Part shown: piece after piece, positions 27,100-35,748 of the stretch
How positions within the stretch are numbered: position 1 is the first letter of the stretch
How the letters are laid out: each line of letters begins with the position of its first letter
DNA from: Planctomycetota bacterium
GTDB lineage: Bacteria; Planctomycetota; UBA1135; UBA2386
Assembly: GCA_965228735.1 (NCBI GenBank)
Contig: OZ245838.1
Coordinates: forward strand, 5,952,001 to 6,016,000
DNA: 64,000 nucleotides
Direction of reading: 5' to 3'
Translations under genes and position numbers: made by a program
Notes under the pieces: generated by a model
Told to the model about the DNA's origin: nothing
Database searches by the model: none
Seen by the model: the letters and a program-made list of their open reading frames with translations, nothing else

Positions 27100-29601
27100 A
27101 TGGCAGTTCTCCCCTTCGCCGTTCGTCGTCTGCTCGTGCTCGCACTGTTGACCGTCGCCGCCGAGGCACAGCACGTCGCCTGGGCCTGGGTTCGGCCGCA
27201 GGGCCAGGGCAGCGCGTTCATCCCCAGCGCGCCCTACCAGTTCACGTCCAGCGGCGGCATCGTCACGGTGCAGCGCGACGCCGTGCAGCAGAACCGGTTC
27301 CGCGTCGTCTTCGCCGGCATGGCGCCGGCCACCGGTGTCGTGCAAGCGTGTGCCCATGGCGGCAACCACACGGTCGTGGTGAACACCTGGTTCGCTGCCG
27401 GCAACGACGTGCAGACCTGGATCGAATGCTTCGCTCCCGACGGCAGTCCGGCCAACGACGCGGCGTTCGTCGTGAGCTTCCGACGCGGTGAGCCGCCGTA
27501 TCGCCGCGACGTGTACTTCTGGGCCGATCAGCCGACGGCGTCGTCGTACTTTCCGAGCGGTCCGTACGCGCACGGCGGGGCGATGATCGACCGGCTCGGC
27601 ACCGGTCTGTACCGCGCGACCGTGCCGGGCTTCGCTCCGCTGGACTCCGAGCTCGGCAACGTGCAGGTCACGCCGTTCAGCGCAAGTCTCCTGCGAGCCC
27701 GCGTGCTGAGCTGGACGTCGTCGGGGTCCGACCTGCAGATCATCGTGCAGTGCCAGAACGCGAGCGGGGCACCGACCGATGGCCGCTTCGTCCTGAGCTA
27801 TCAGGAGCACGCCGCGCCGATCCCGCCCGAGCTCGGATCCGGTGCCCACGTCTGGGCGGAGCAGCCGACCGTTGCCAGCTACGCGCCGGATCCGGCCTAC
27901 ACGGACAGCAACGGGACGGCCGGTCGCCGCGATGCCGAACGCGTCGACCGGCTCGGCGTCGGTCGGTATCGCGTCCACCTGCCTGATCAGGTGCCGGCCG
28001 ATCGTTCGATGGCGCACGTATCCCCGCAGGGGCTCGGTTCGACGAGCGTGGCAATCGATCGCTGGATCAGCGACGGTCAGACGGGCACGTTCGTCTTCGT
28101 CGACACGTTCGACGACGACGGCAACCCCGCAGACGCGCGCTTCAACCTGCTCTATCTCACGAACCGGCCGACGCACCAGATCGCGTGGGCGCTCGTCGAC
28201 CCCGCCGGTCAGGGCCAGACGTGGACCCCGGACCCGTCGTTCTCGTACTGCTCGTCGGGCGAGCAGATCACGATCTCGCGTTCGGCCGTTGCCAACAACC
28301 AGCTGACGGTCCGGCTCGCCGGCTTCGCCGCGCCGTTCGGAGTGACCCATGTCACGCCGGTGGGCGGCAACCACGTCGTGGTCTCCAAGGGGGGGATCGT
28401 CACGGCCGGTGAGAGCTTCGAGCGATTCGAGGTCCTCGACCCCGCGGGCAACCCGCTCCCGATCACCGACCAGGCGTTCACCATTCTCTTTCGGGCCCAC
28501 GGCGACCCGGCGCGGCGCGAAGCCGCTCTCTGGGCGAGTGACATCCAGTCCCCGAGCTATCAGCCGACGGTCTACTGGAACGGCGACCGCGGCGTCCCGA
28601 CGGTCACGCGGACGGCGCTCGGCCAATACGCGGTGCGCTTGCCGGGGCTCGGCAATCTGTTCGGAGCGCACCTCGGTCACGTTCAGGCGCACGGGGCCGG
28701 TCTGCTGATACCGCCGACGCCGCCGGGCCGCGCTGTCGTTCGAACGTGGACTCACTCGGTCGGGGACGTCGTTGCCCAGGTCCGCACGTACGACATGGCG
28801 GGCGCGCCCGCCGACCGAGCGTTCGCGTTGAGCTACCAGGAGCGCGCGGCGCCGATCCCGGCAGTCATGGGAACCGGCGCCCACGTCTGGGCCGACCAGC
28901 CGCACGCGGCGAGCTACGTTCCGCCAGCCGCCTACACCGACAGCAACGGCACCTACGGTCCGACCAATGCCGAGATGATCACCCGGCTCGGCCTCGGTCA
29001 CTACCGCGTGCAGTTGCCCAACGTCGCGCCCAGCGCGAGCGCGACGGCGCAGGCTTCCGCCTTCGGCCTCGCGACGCGTCAGGTCGCGATCGAGAGCTGG
29101 GGATCCGATGGCGCGACGGGTACGGCCGTGGTCGTGCGCTGCTTCGACGATGCGGGCAACGCGATCGACGGTCAGTTCACGCTGTCCTACCTGACGGACC
29201 GCTCGGTGCTCGGCGAACCGGCGACCGCGGTGTCGTTCGGGGTCGGCTGCAACGGCCCGGTCCTGCGAGCTGTCAACCGCCCCGTGGCCGGCGGCAGCTG
29301 GCAGATGGATCTGATCGGTGTCCCGCCTACGGTCCAGCTGGCGTTCGTGCTGATCGGGCTGTCCGAGCTGACCCTGCCGCTCGGCCCCCAGGCGCCGGGC
29401 TGCACGCGGTACTCGAGCGGCGAGGCGGTCGTGGCCGTCGTGCCGCCGGTGCCCTCGCCGGCCTATCGGCTGAACGTTCCGCCCGGCCCGACGTTCATCG
29501 GTCTGCCGCTGTTCGTCCAGGGCGCCGCGCTCGTTCCGGGCGTGAACGCGCTCTCGCTCGCGACGAGCAACGGAGTCGCGGGGACGGTCGGCGACAACTG
29601 A
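27100..29601 (+). CDS. Large secreted repeat protein with the shared C-terminal module
   Basis: Signal peptide ending AEA-Q; six ~110-aa repeats ([VF]WADQP...SY.P...R.G.G.Y.V.LP...G.P.D..F.L.Y); ends FGVGC...PVAG...PGC...VQGAAL...LATSNGVAGTVGDN. Confidence 0.85.
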   Translation: MAVLPFAVRRLLVLALLTVAAEAQHVAWAWVRPQGQGSAFIPSAPYQFTSSGGIVTVQRDAVQQNRFRVVFAGMAPATGVVQACAHGGNHTVVVNTWFAAGNDVQTWIECFAPDGSPANDAAFVVSFRRGEPPYRRDVYFWADQPTASSYFPSGPYAHGGAMIDRLGTGLYRATVPGFAPLDSELGNVQVTPFSASLLRARVLSWTSSGSDLQIIVQCQNASGAPTDGRFVLSYQEHAAPIPPELGSGAHVWAEQPTVASYAPDPAYTDSNGTAGRRDAERVDRLGVGRYRVHLPDQVPADRSMAHVSPQGLGSTSVAIDRWISDGQTGTFVFVDTFDDDGNPADARFNLLYLTNRPTHQIAWALVDPAGQGQTWTPDPSFSYCSSGEQITISRSAVANNQLTVRLAGFAAPFGVTHVTPVGGNHVVVSKGGIVTAGESFERFEVLDPAGNPLPITDQAFTILFRAHGDPARREAALWASDIQSPSYQPTVYWNGDRGVPTVTRTALGQYAVRLPGLGNLFGAHLGHVQAHGAGLLIPPTPPGRAVVRTWTHSVGDVVAQVRTYDMAGAPADRAFALSYQERAAPIPAVMGTGAHVWADQPHAASYVPPAAYTDSNGTYGPTNAEMITRLGLGHYRVQLPNVAPSASATAQASAFGLATRQVAIESWGSDGATGTAVVVRCFDDAGNAIDGQFTLSYLTDRSVLGEPATAVSFGVGCNGPVLRAVNRPVAGGSWQMDLIGVPPTVQLAFVLIGLSELTLPLGPQAPGCTRYSSGEAVVAVVPPVPSPAYRLNVPPGPTFIGLPLFVQGAALVPGVNALSLATSNGVAGTVGDN

Positions 29602-29630
29602 CGGCGGCGTCAGCGCGACTGGCCGCCGTC
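29600..29630. terminator. GC-rich hairpin between convergent genes
   Basis: GACGGCGGC / GCCGCCGTC 9-bp stem right at the stop codon; no U-tract. Confidence 0.3.
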
Positions 29631-29700
29631 CTGTATTCGGGCGCCTGCACGTCGGTCGCCGGACGCGGCTGCTCGACGCCGCAGTCGCGCGTTGCCCCGA

Positions 29701-31848
29701 TCAACTGCCGGCGCGTTCGAGCTGATCCAGCAGCGCGATCGCGGCGTCGGGGATCACCGTGCCCGGGCCGAAGACCGCGGCGACGCCGGCGTCGTGCAGG
29801 GCCTTCACGTCCTGGTTCGGGATCACACCGCCTGCGACGACGAGGATGTCGCCGCGGCCAGCACTGCGCAGTGCCTGCACGAGTTCGGGGATCAGCGTCT
29901 TGTGGCCGCCGGCGAGCGTGCTGATGCCGCAGACGTGCACGTCGTTCTCGAGGGCCTGCTTGCAGACCTCGTCGGGCGTCTGGAACAGCGGACCGATGTC
30001 GACGTCGAAGCCCAGGTCGGCGAACGCGCTCGCGATCACGCGCGCGCCGCGGTCGTGGCCGTCCTGGCCCATCTTCGCGACGAGGATGCGGGGGCGGCGA
30101 CCGTTGTCGTCGAGGAACTTCCTGGTCCGTTCCTGGGCCTTCTTGAGCTGCGTCATCGACTTGCCGGCCGCAGCATACACGCCGGCGACGGTGCGCGGCG
30201 TGGCTTGATGGCGACCGAAGACCTGCTCCATCGTGTCCGAAACCTCGCCGACCGTGGCGCCGAGCTCGACGGCGGCGACCGCGAGCTCGAGCAGGTTGCC
30301 GTCGCCCTGCGCGCCTGCCGTAATCGCCGCTAGCGCTGCCTGCACCTTGCTGCCGTCGCGCTCGCTCTTCAGCTGCTCGAGGCGCGCGATCTGCTTCTGG
30401 CGGACCTCGGTGTTGTCGATCGACAGGATGTCGAGCGGCTCCTCCTTGTCGGGCGTGTACTTGTTGACGCCGACGATCGTCTCCTCGCCGGAGTCGATCG
30501 CCGCCTGGCGGCGCGCGGCGGCTTCTTCGATTCGCAATTTGGGCAGGCCGGCCTCGATCGCCTTCGTCATGCCGCCGAGCTCTTCGATCTCCTGGATCAG
30601 CTCCCACGCGCGGCGCGCGAGCTGGTCCGTCAGCCATTCGACGTAGTAGGAGCCGGCCAGCGGGTCGGCCGCGTGCGTGACATGGCTCTCCTCCTGGAGG
30701 ATGAGCTGCGTGTTGCGCGCGATCCGCGCCGAGAACTCCGTCGGCAGGGCGATCGCTTCGTCGAGCGCGTTGGTGTGCAGCGACTGCGTGCCGCCGAGCA
30801 CGCCGGCGAGCGCCTCGAGGCACGTGCGCACGACGTTGTTGTAGGGATCCTGCGCCGCGAGCGACCAGCCGGACGTCTGGCAGTGTGTGCGCAGCGCCAT
30901 CGACTTGTCGTTCCTGGCCCCGAACGCCTTGACGATCTTGGCCCACAGCAACCGCGCCGCGCGCAGCTTGCTCACCTCGGTGAAGAAGTTCATCCCCATG
31001 GCGAAGAAGAACGACATCCGGCTCGCGACCTTGTCGACGTCGAGGCCGGCCGCGATCGCCGTGCGCAGGTACTCGAGGCCGTCGGCCAGCGTGTAGGCGA
31101 GCTCGAGGTCCGCGGTCGCGCCCGCTTCGTGGATGTGGTAGCCGCTGACCGAGATGGTGTTGAACTTGGGCATCCGCTCACCGCAGTACGCGAAGATGTC
31201 GCGCACGATCCGCATGCTGGGGCTCGGCGGATAGATGTAGGTGTTGCGGACCATGAACTCCTTGAGGATGTCGTTCTGGATGGTCCCTTGGAGCTCGTCC
31301 TCGGCGACGCCCTGCTCCTTCGCCGCGGCGATGTAGAGCGCGAGGATCGGAATGACCGCGCCGTTCATCGTCATCGACACGCTCACCTCGCCGAGCGGGA
31401 TGTCGGAGAACAGGATCCGCATGTCGGCGATCGAGTCGATCGCGACACCGGCCATGCCGACGTCACCGGCGACGCGCGGGTGGTCGCTGTCGTAGCCGCG
31501 ATGCGTCGCGAGATCGAACGCGACGCTGAGCCCCTGCTGCCCGGCCGCGAGCGCCTTCTTGTAGAAGTCGTTGGTCTTCTCGGCGGTCGAGAATCCCGCG
31601 TACTGGCGGATGGTCCACGGCCGCTTGCTGTACATCGTCGCGTACGGCCCGCCGAGGAACGGGGGTTGCCCGGCGGTGAAACCCTGGTGCGCGACGTCGG
31701 CGTCGGCGGCCGTGTGCAGCGGGCGATGTTCGAAACCCTCGGGTGCGGTCCAGGGCTGGGCGCCTCTCGCCGCCGCGCCGAGCTGGTCGGCGGTCGGGCG
31801 CTCGAACTCGTCGAACCCGTAGCTGAGCTTGGTGAAGTCGGGGGTCAT
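29701..31848 (-). CDS. scpA: Methylmalonyl-CoA mutase (B12-dependent, catalytic subunit)
   Basis: [45 protein letters not shown]12-binding GQDGHDRG. Confidence 0.96.
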   Translation of the reverse strand: MTPDFTKLSYGFDEFERPTADQLGAAARGAQPWTAPEGFEHRPLHTAADADVAHQGFTAGQPPFLGGPYATMYSKRPWTIRQYAGFSTAEKTNDFYKKALAAGQQGLSVAFDLATHRGYDSDHPRVAGDVGMAGVAIDSIADMRILFSDIPLGEVSVSMTMNGAVIPILALYIAAAKEQGVAEDELQGTIQNDILKEFMVRNTYIYPPSPSMRIVRDIFAYCGERMPKFNTISVSGYHIHEAGATADLELAYTLADGLEYLRTAIAAGLDVDKVASRMSFFFAMGMNFFTEVSKLRAARLLWAKIVKAFGARNDKSMALRTHCQTSGWSLAAQDPYNNVVRTCLEALAGVLGGTQSLHTNALDEAIALPTEFSARIARNTQLILQEESHVTHAADPLAGSYYVEWLTDQLARRAWELIQEIEELGGMTKAIEAGLPKLRIEEAAARRQAAIDSGEETIVGVNKYTPDKEEPLDILSIDNTEVRQKQIARLEQLKSERDGSKVQAALAAITAGAQGDGNLLELAVAAVELGATVGEVSDTMEQVFGRHQATPRTVAGVYAAAGKSMTQLKKAQERTRKFLDDNGRRPRILVAKMGQDGHDRGARVIASAFADLGFDVDIGPLFQTPDEVCKQALENDVHVCGISTLAGGHKTLIPELVQALRSAGRGDILVVAGGVIPNQDVKALHDAGVAAVFGPGTVIPDAAIALLDQLERAGS

Positions 31849-31946
31849 CGCGCCGAGCACTGTAGCGGGGTGCTGCCCGATCGCGCACACCACGACGTTC
31901 TCCGCGACGACTCACGCGGGGGCTGCCGCTCCGGCCGAGGCGCGCG

Positions 31947-33566
31947 TCAGCCGCGAACCTGCCAGCCCTCGACCAGCGCGCGGAACGCGAGGTCGCTGAC
32001 GTTCGCGGCGACACCCTGGCGGCGAACGTCCCAGACATCCCAGTCCGGCGGGTTCGCGCCGCCGTAGGCCGACAGGCAGAGGCTGATTCCGTGCTCGGGG
32101 AGGGCCTGCCGGACGGCCTCGGTCATGTCCTTCTCCCACCCGAACGGATAGGCGAACCAGCGGTCCCCGGGGTTGTTCGGCAGCTCACGGCGAAGGTCGG
32201 CGGACGCCGACTCGATGGCGCTCAGCGCGTCGGCGAGCGGCGCCTCTGCCACGTTCGTGTGCAGCTGCGTGTGGTTGCCGAACGTGAAGCCGCGGCGGCT
32301 CATCTCGCGCACTTCCTCCCAGGTCAGCGACGGCGGTGGGTCATCGACCTCGGCGTCGTAGGGGAACTTCGCGTCGCTGTCGACGATGCGCGTGGACAGG
32401 AAGAAGGTGGCCGGGATGCCGTGGCGCCGGAGCAGGCGCGACGCGTTGAAGTTGTCCCGGTAGCCGTCGTCGAACGTGACGACGACGACCGGACGCTGCC
32501 GCGGCTTGCCTCGTTCCTCGACGAACGTTTGCAGGTCGAGAAGGTCGTACCGATGGCGCAGGATCGCGAGCTGGCGCTCGAACTGTTCGACGCCGGTCGA
32601 GATCGAGTCGTGGAACGCGTCGTCGATCCGGTGCCAGAGCAGCACGATTGCGTGGCATTGTCCCTTCCGCCCGCGGGACCAGTTGCGAAGTGGCACCCAC
32701 AGGTGGACGAAGCTCCACAGGGCGGCGCCCTTGATCAGGTTGCGCGGCAGGCCGGCCAGCCCGCGAGAGCCCGGTCGGCGGTTCAGGGCGCGGCGACGGA
32801 TCCGCCGGTTCAGCAGCAGCGGTGGGCGCGAACGGGTCGGGGTCCTCGCTTCGCCCTGTGGCGTCCGCGTGGCGGTGCCGGCGTCGATGTGTCGCACGGC
32901 GTCGACGAGGGCGTCGAGGCCGAGCTGATCGAGCACGATTCGCAGGCCGTCGGGCGTCGCGAACCTCGCGATCGGCAGCTCGCGCTGCAGGACGACGTCG
33001 CCCGTGTCGAGACCGCGCTCCATCCAGTGCACGCTGACTCCGGCCGTGTCGGCCCCGTCGTGCATCTCCCAGAATCCCGCCGGCATGCCCCGGTACTCGG
33101 GGAGCACGCTCTTGTGGAGGTTGATCGTCCCGAGCTCCGGGATCCCGAAGAGCTCCTCCTTCAGGATGGGGGCGCCGACGGACACGCCGAGCCACGGCCG
33201 GAATGCGGCGACCCTGGCCAGGCACTTCGGATCATGGATCCAGCCGAAGTGCTCGGCCTCGACGCCGTCGAGGTCTTCGCATCGCGGCAGGCCAACGTCC
33301 CCGCTTTCCGACCTCTCTCGTCGGCGCGAGATGACGAGACCGATCTTCTCCAGCACCTGCCCCGCCAGCTCGAGCGGGTAGGACAGCGGCTGTCGGCCGA
33401 GGCGCCGGAGCTTGTTCCGGAGCCAGCGCGATCGTGCGATCTTCGGGTCGCCCGCGACGACGAGGAACTGCGCGTCGGGAAACGCGAGATGGAGCGCCTC
33501 GACGGCCTCGACCGTTCCCGGATCGGACACTCGGGTCGTGAAGATGGCGATGCGGCGGGATTCCAT
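31947..33566 (-). CDS. Formyltransferase - polysaccharide deacetylase (CE4/NodB) fusion protein
   Basis: N-terminal INLHKSVLPEYRG, GVSVH, GLDTGDV; C-terminal TFDDGY, PATFF, GNHTQLH, FAYPFG. Confidence 0.88.
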   Translation of the reverse strand: MESRRIAIFTTRVSDPGTVEAVEALHLAFPDAQFLVVAGDPKIARSRWLRNKLRRLGRQPLSYPLELAGQVLEKIGLVISRRRERSESGDVGLPRCEDLDGVEAEHFGWIHDPKCLARVAAFRPWLGVSVGAPILKEELFGIPELGTINLHKSVLPEYRGMPAGFWEMHDGADTAGVSVHWMERGLDTGDVVLQRELPIARFATPDGLRIVLDQLGLDALVDAVRHIDAGTATRTPQGEARTPTRSRPPLLLNRRIRRRALNRRPGSRGLAGLPRNLIKGAALWSFVHLWVPLRNWSRGRKGQCHAIVLLWHRIDDAFHDSISTGVEQFERQLAILRHRYDLLDLQTFVEERGKPRQRPVVVVTFDDGYRDNFNASRLLRRHGIPATFFLSTRIVDSDAKFPYDAEVDDPPPSLTWEEVREMSRRGFTFGNHTQLHTNVAEAPLADALSAIESASADLRRELPNNPGDRWFAYPFGWEKDMTEAVRQALPEHGISLCLSAYGGANPPDWDVWDVRRQGVAANVSDLAFRALVEGWQVRG

Positions 33567-33668
33567 GAGGGCCGCGCGGAGGATAGCGAATCGAGCCGCT
33601 CACGGTCGCGCTCGAATCGAGTCGAATCGCGAGCTGGCAGGCGAACGGCCCGTGCGCCGGCGAGCGCG

Positions 33669-34277
33669 CTATTGCCGCGGCGCGATCGGCGTGCGCAGGT
33701 GGCCAACGATCACGTAGTTCTGTGGATCGAATCGCGACCCTTCGCCAGACCAGCGCACCTGGCCGTGGTGCACGTGCTGCGCGCCGGCCGCGTGATCGTC
33801 GAGCAGCAGTCGGATCGCGAAGTGCACGGACGGAAACGCGAGCTCGTCCCACGGCAGTTCGTCGAACGGAAAGAACCGGGCCTCGAGCGTTTCGTCGCCA
33901 GCACCGAACTCGGGCCGCAGCAGCTGCGCGCGGAAGATCGCGTAATGCTGTCCGATGTGCGTGAGGTCGAGAAAGCTGTGCGGCGCGGTGATCTCGACGT
34001 CGGCGAGCGCCTCCTCGCGGGTCTCGCGCTTCGCGCCCTCGGCGATGGTCTCGCCCAGCTCGAGGAACCCCGCCGGCGTCGTCCACTTGCCGTGCGCGGG
34101 CTCGATCGCGCGGCGGCACAGGAGCAGTTCGTCCTCGCGCTCGACGAGGCAACCGACGACGACAACGGGGTTCTGGTAGTGCACGAAGTCACACTTCGTG
34201 CAGATCGACCGGTCGCGGTCGTCGCCGGGCGGCATGCGTTGGGCGATGTCGCCGCCGCACTGGCTGCAGAACTTCAT
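33669..34277 (-). CDS. NUDIX hydrolase with N-terminal zinc ribbon
   Basis: MKFCSQCG...CTKC..VHYQNP; Nudix box GFLELGETIAEGAKRETREEA. Confidence 0.93.
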   Translation of the reverse strand: MKFCSQCGGDIAQRMPPGDDRDRSICTKCDFVHYQNPVVVVGCLVEREDELLLCRRAIEPAHGKWTTPAGFLELGETIAEGAKRETREEALADVEITAPHSFLDLTHIGQHYAIFRAQLLRPEFGAGDETLEARFFPFDELPWDELAFPSVHFAIRLLLDDHAAGAQHVHHGQVRWSGEGSRFDPQNYVIVGHLRTPIAPRQ

Positions 34278-34358
34278 TCCGAGCAGCGTAGCGGCCGCGC
34301 TCGCCGGCATCGCCGATTGTCCGGCAGACCGACGACGGAGATGGCATGATGACGCGCC

Positions 34359-35678
34359 ATGCCCGCCTCGCCCCGGTCCGTCCTCCGCGCACTTGCCGCC
34401 CTGACCTTGGCCTCGCCGTTCGCGGCGGCGCAGGAATGGCCGGGCTGGCGTGGCCCGACGGCGAACGGTCACGCGGCTGCGGCCGATCCGCCGGTGAGCT
34501 GGAGCGAGGACGAGAACGTGCTCTGGCGCGTCGATCTCCCGGGCGTCGGTACGTCGACGCCGGTCGTCGTTGGCGATCGCCTCTACCTGACGACGGCCGT
34601 CCCCAACGACCGCGAGGTGCAGATCCCGGCCCGCAAGGCGCAGGCGCCTGGGGGCGAGGAGATGTCGTTCCCGGCGGCGACCGTGGCGGGCCAGGACCTG
34701 ATCCTGATGGCGTTCGATCGTCACACCGGCGAAGAGCTGCTGCGCGTCGTCCTGGGTGACGGCACGCCCGTCGAGAAGGGGCACGAGACGTCGAGCTCCG
34801 CATCGCCGTCACCGGTAACCGACGGGGAGCGGATCTACGCGCCGTTCGGTTCCATGGGGCTATTCTGCACCGACCTCGCGGGTGAGGTGCTGTGGCAGCG
34901 CGATCTCGGCGACAAGCTCATGGCCAACTTCGGCGAAGGCAGCTCGCCGGCGTTGGCGAACGGCGTGCTCGTCGTGTCGTGGGACCACGAGGGGCCGTCG
35001 TTCGTCGTCGGGCTCGACAGCAAGACCGGGAAGGAGCTGTGGCGGCAGGAGCGCGCGAGCTTTCCGTCGTGGGCGTCACCCGTGATCGTCGAGGTCGACG
35101 GCCGTCACCAGGTCATCGCGGCAGCCAGCGGTGTCACGCACGGGTACGACCTGCAGACGGGTGCGCCGATCTGGCAGGCGAAGAACCCGACGATCGTTCC
35201 CATAGCCGGCCCGCTCGTCGCCGACGGCGTGGCCTACGTGATGAACAACTACCAGAAGCCGTTCGTCCACGCGCTGCAGTTGAGTGGCGCCAAGGGCGAG
35301 CTCACCGGCACGGAGCACGAGCTTTGGACCTATCGCCGCAGTGCGACGTCCGTGCCCATGCCGTGGGTCGCGAACGGTCTGCTCTTCTTCCTGCGTGGCA
35401 ACACCGGCACGTTGCAGTGCCTCGACGCGGCGACGGGTGAGGTCGTCTACGACGGACAGCGCCTGCGTCAGAAGCAGATCTTCGCGTCGCCGGTCGTTGT
35501 CGGAGATCGCATCTACCTGCCGGCCCGCAGCGGCGAGACGATCGTGTTCCGCGCCGGTCGCGAGTACGAGGAGCTCGCCCGCAACGAGCTCGACGCCGTC
35601 TTCGACGCGAGCCCGGTCGTCATCGGCGACCGGCTCTATCTGCGCGGTCGGACGAAGCTCTACTGCATCGGCGAATAG
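34359..35678 (+). CDS. Secreted PQQ-binding-like beta-propeller protein
   Basis: Signal peptide, WPGWRGP, repeated SSP/TGKELW blades, ASPVVIGDRLYLRG..KLYCIG. Confidence 0.9.
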   Translation: MPASPRSVLRALAALTLASPFAAAQEWPGWRGPTANGHAAAADPPVSWSEDENVLWRVDLPGVGTSTPVVVGDRLYLTTAVPNDREVQIPARKAQAPGGEEMSFPAATVAGQDLILMAFDRHTGEELLRVVLGDGTPVEKGHETSSSASPSPVTDGERIYAPFGSMGLFCTDLAGEVLWQRDLGDKLMANFGEGSSPALANGVLVVSWDHEGPSFVVGLDSKTGKELWRQERASFPSWASPVIVEVDGRHQVIAAASGVTHGYDLQTGAPIWQAKNPTIVPIAGPLVADGVAYVMNNYQKPFVHALQLSGAKGELTGTEHELWTYRRSATSVPMPWVANGLLFFLRGNTGTLQCLDAATGEVVYDGQRLRQKQIFASPVVVGDRIYLPARSGETIVFRAGREYEELARNELDAVFDASPVVIGDRLYLRGRTKLYCIGE

Positions 35679-35688
35679 CGGGCGGGCC

Positions 35689-35730
35689 CAGTAAGGGCAG
35701 AGTCAGTAAGGGCAGAGTCAGTAAGGGCAG
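35689..35730. repeat. 15-bp intergenic tandem repeat (CAGTAAGGGCAGAGT) x2.8
   Basis: Directly visible between two convergent propeller genes. Confidence 0.9.
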
Positions 35731-35748
35731 GCCGAGTGCTGGCAGGGC

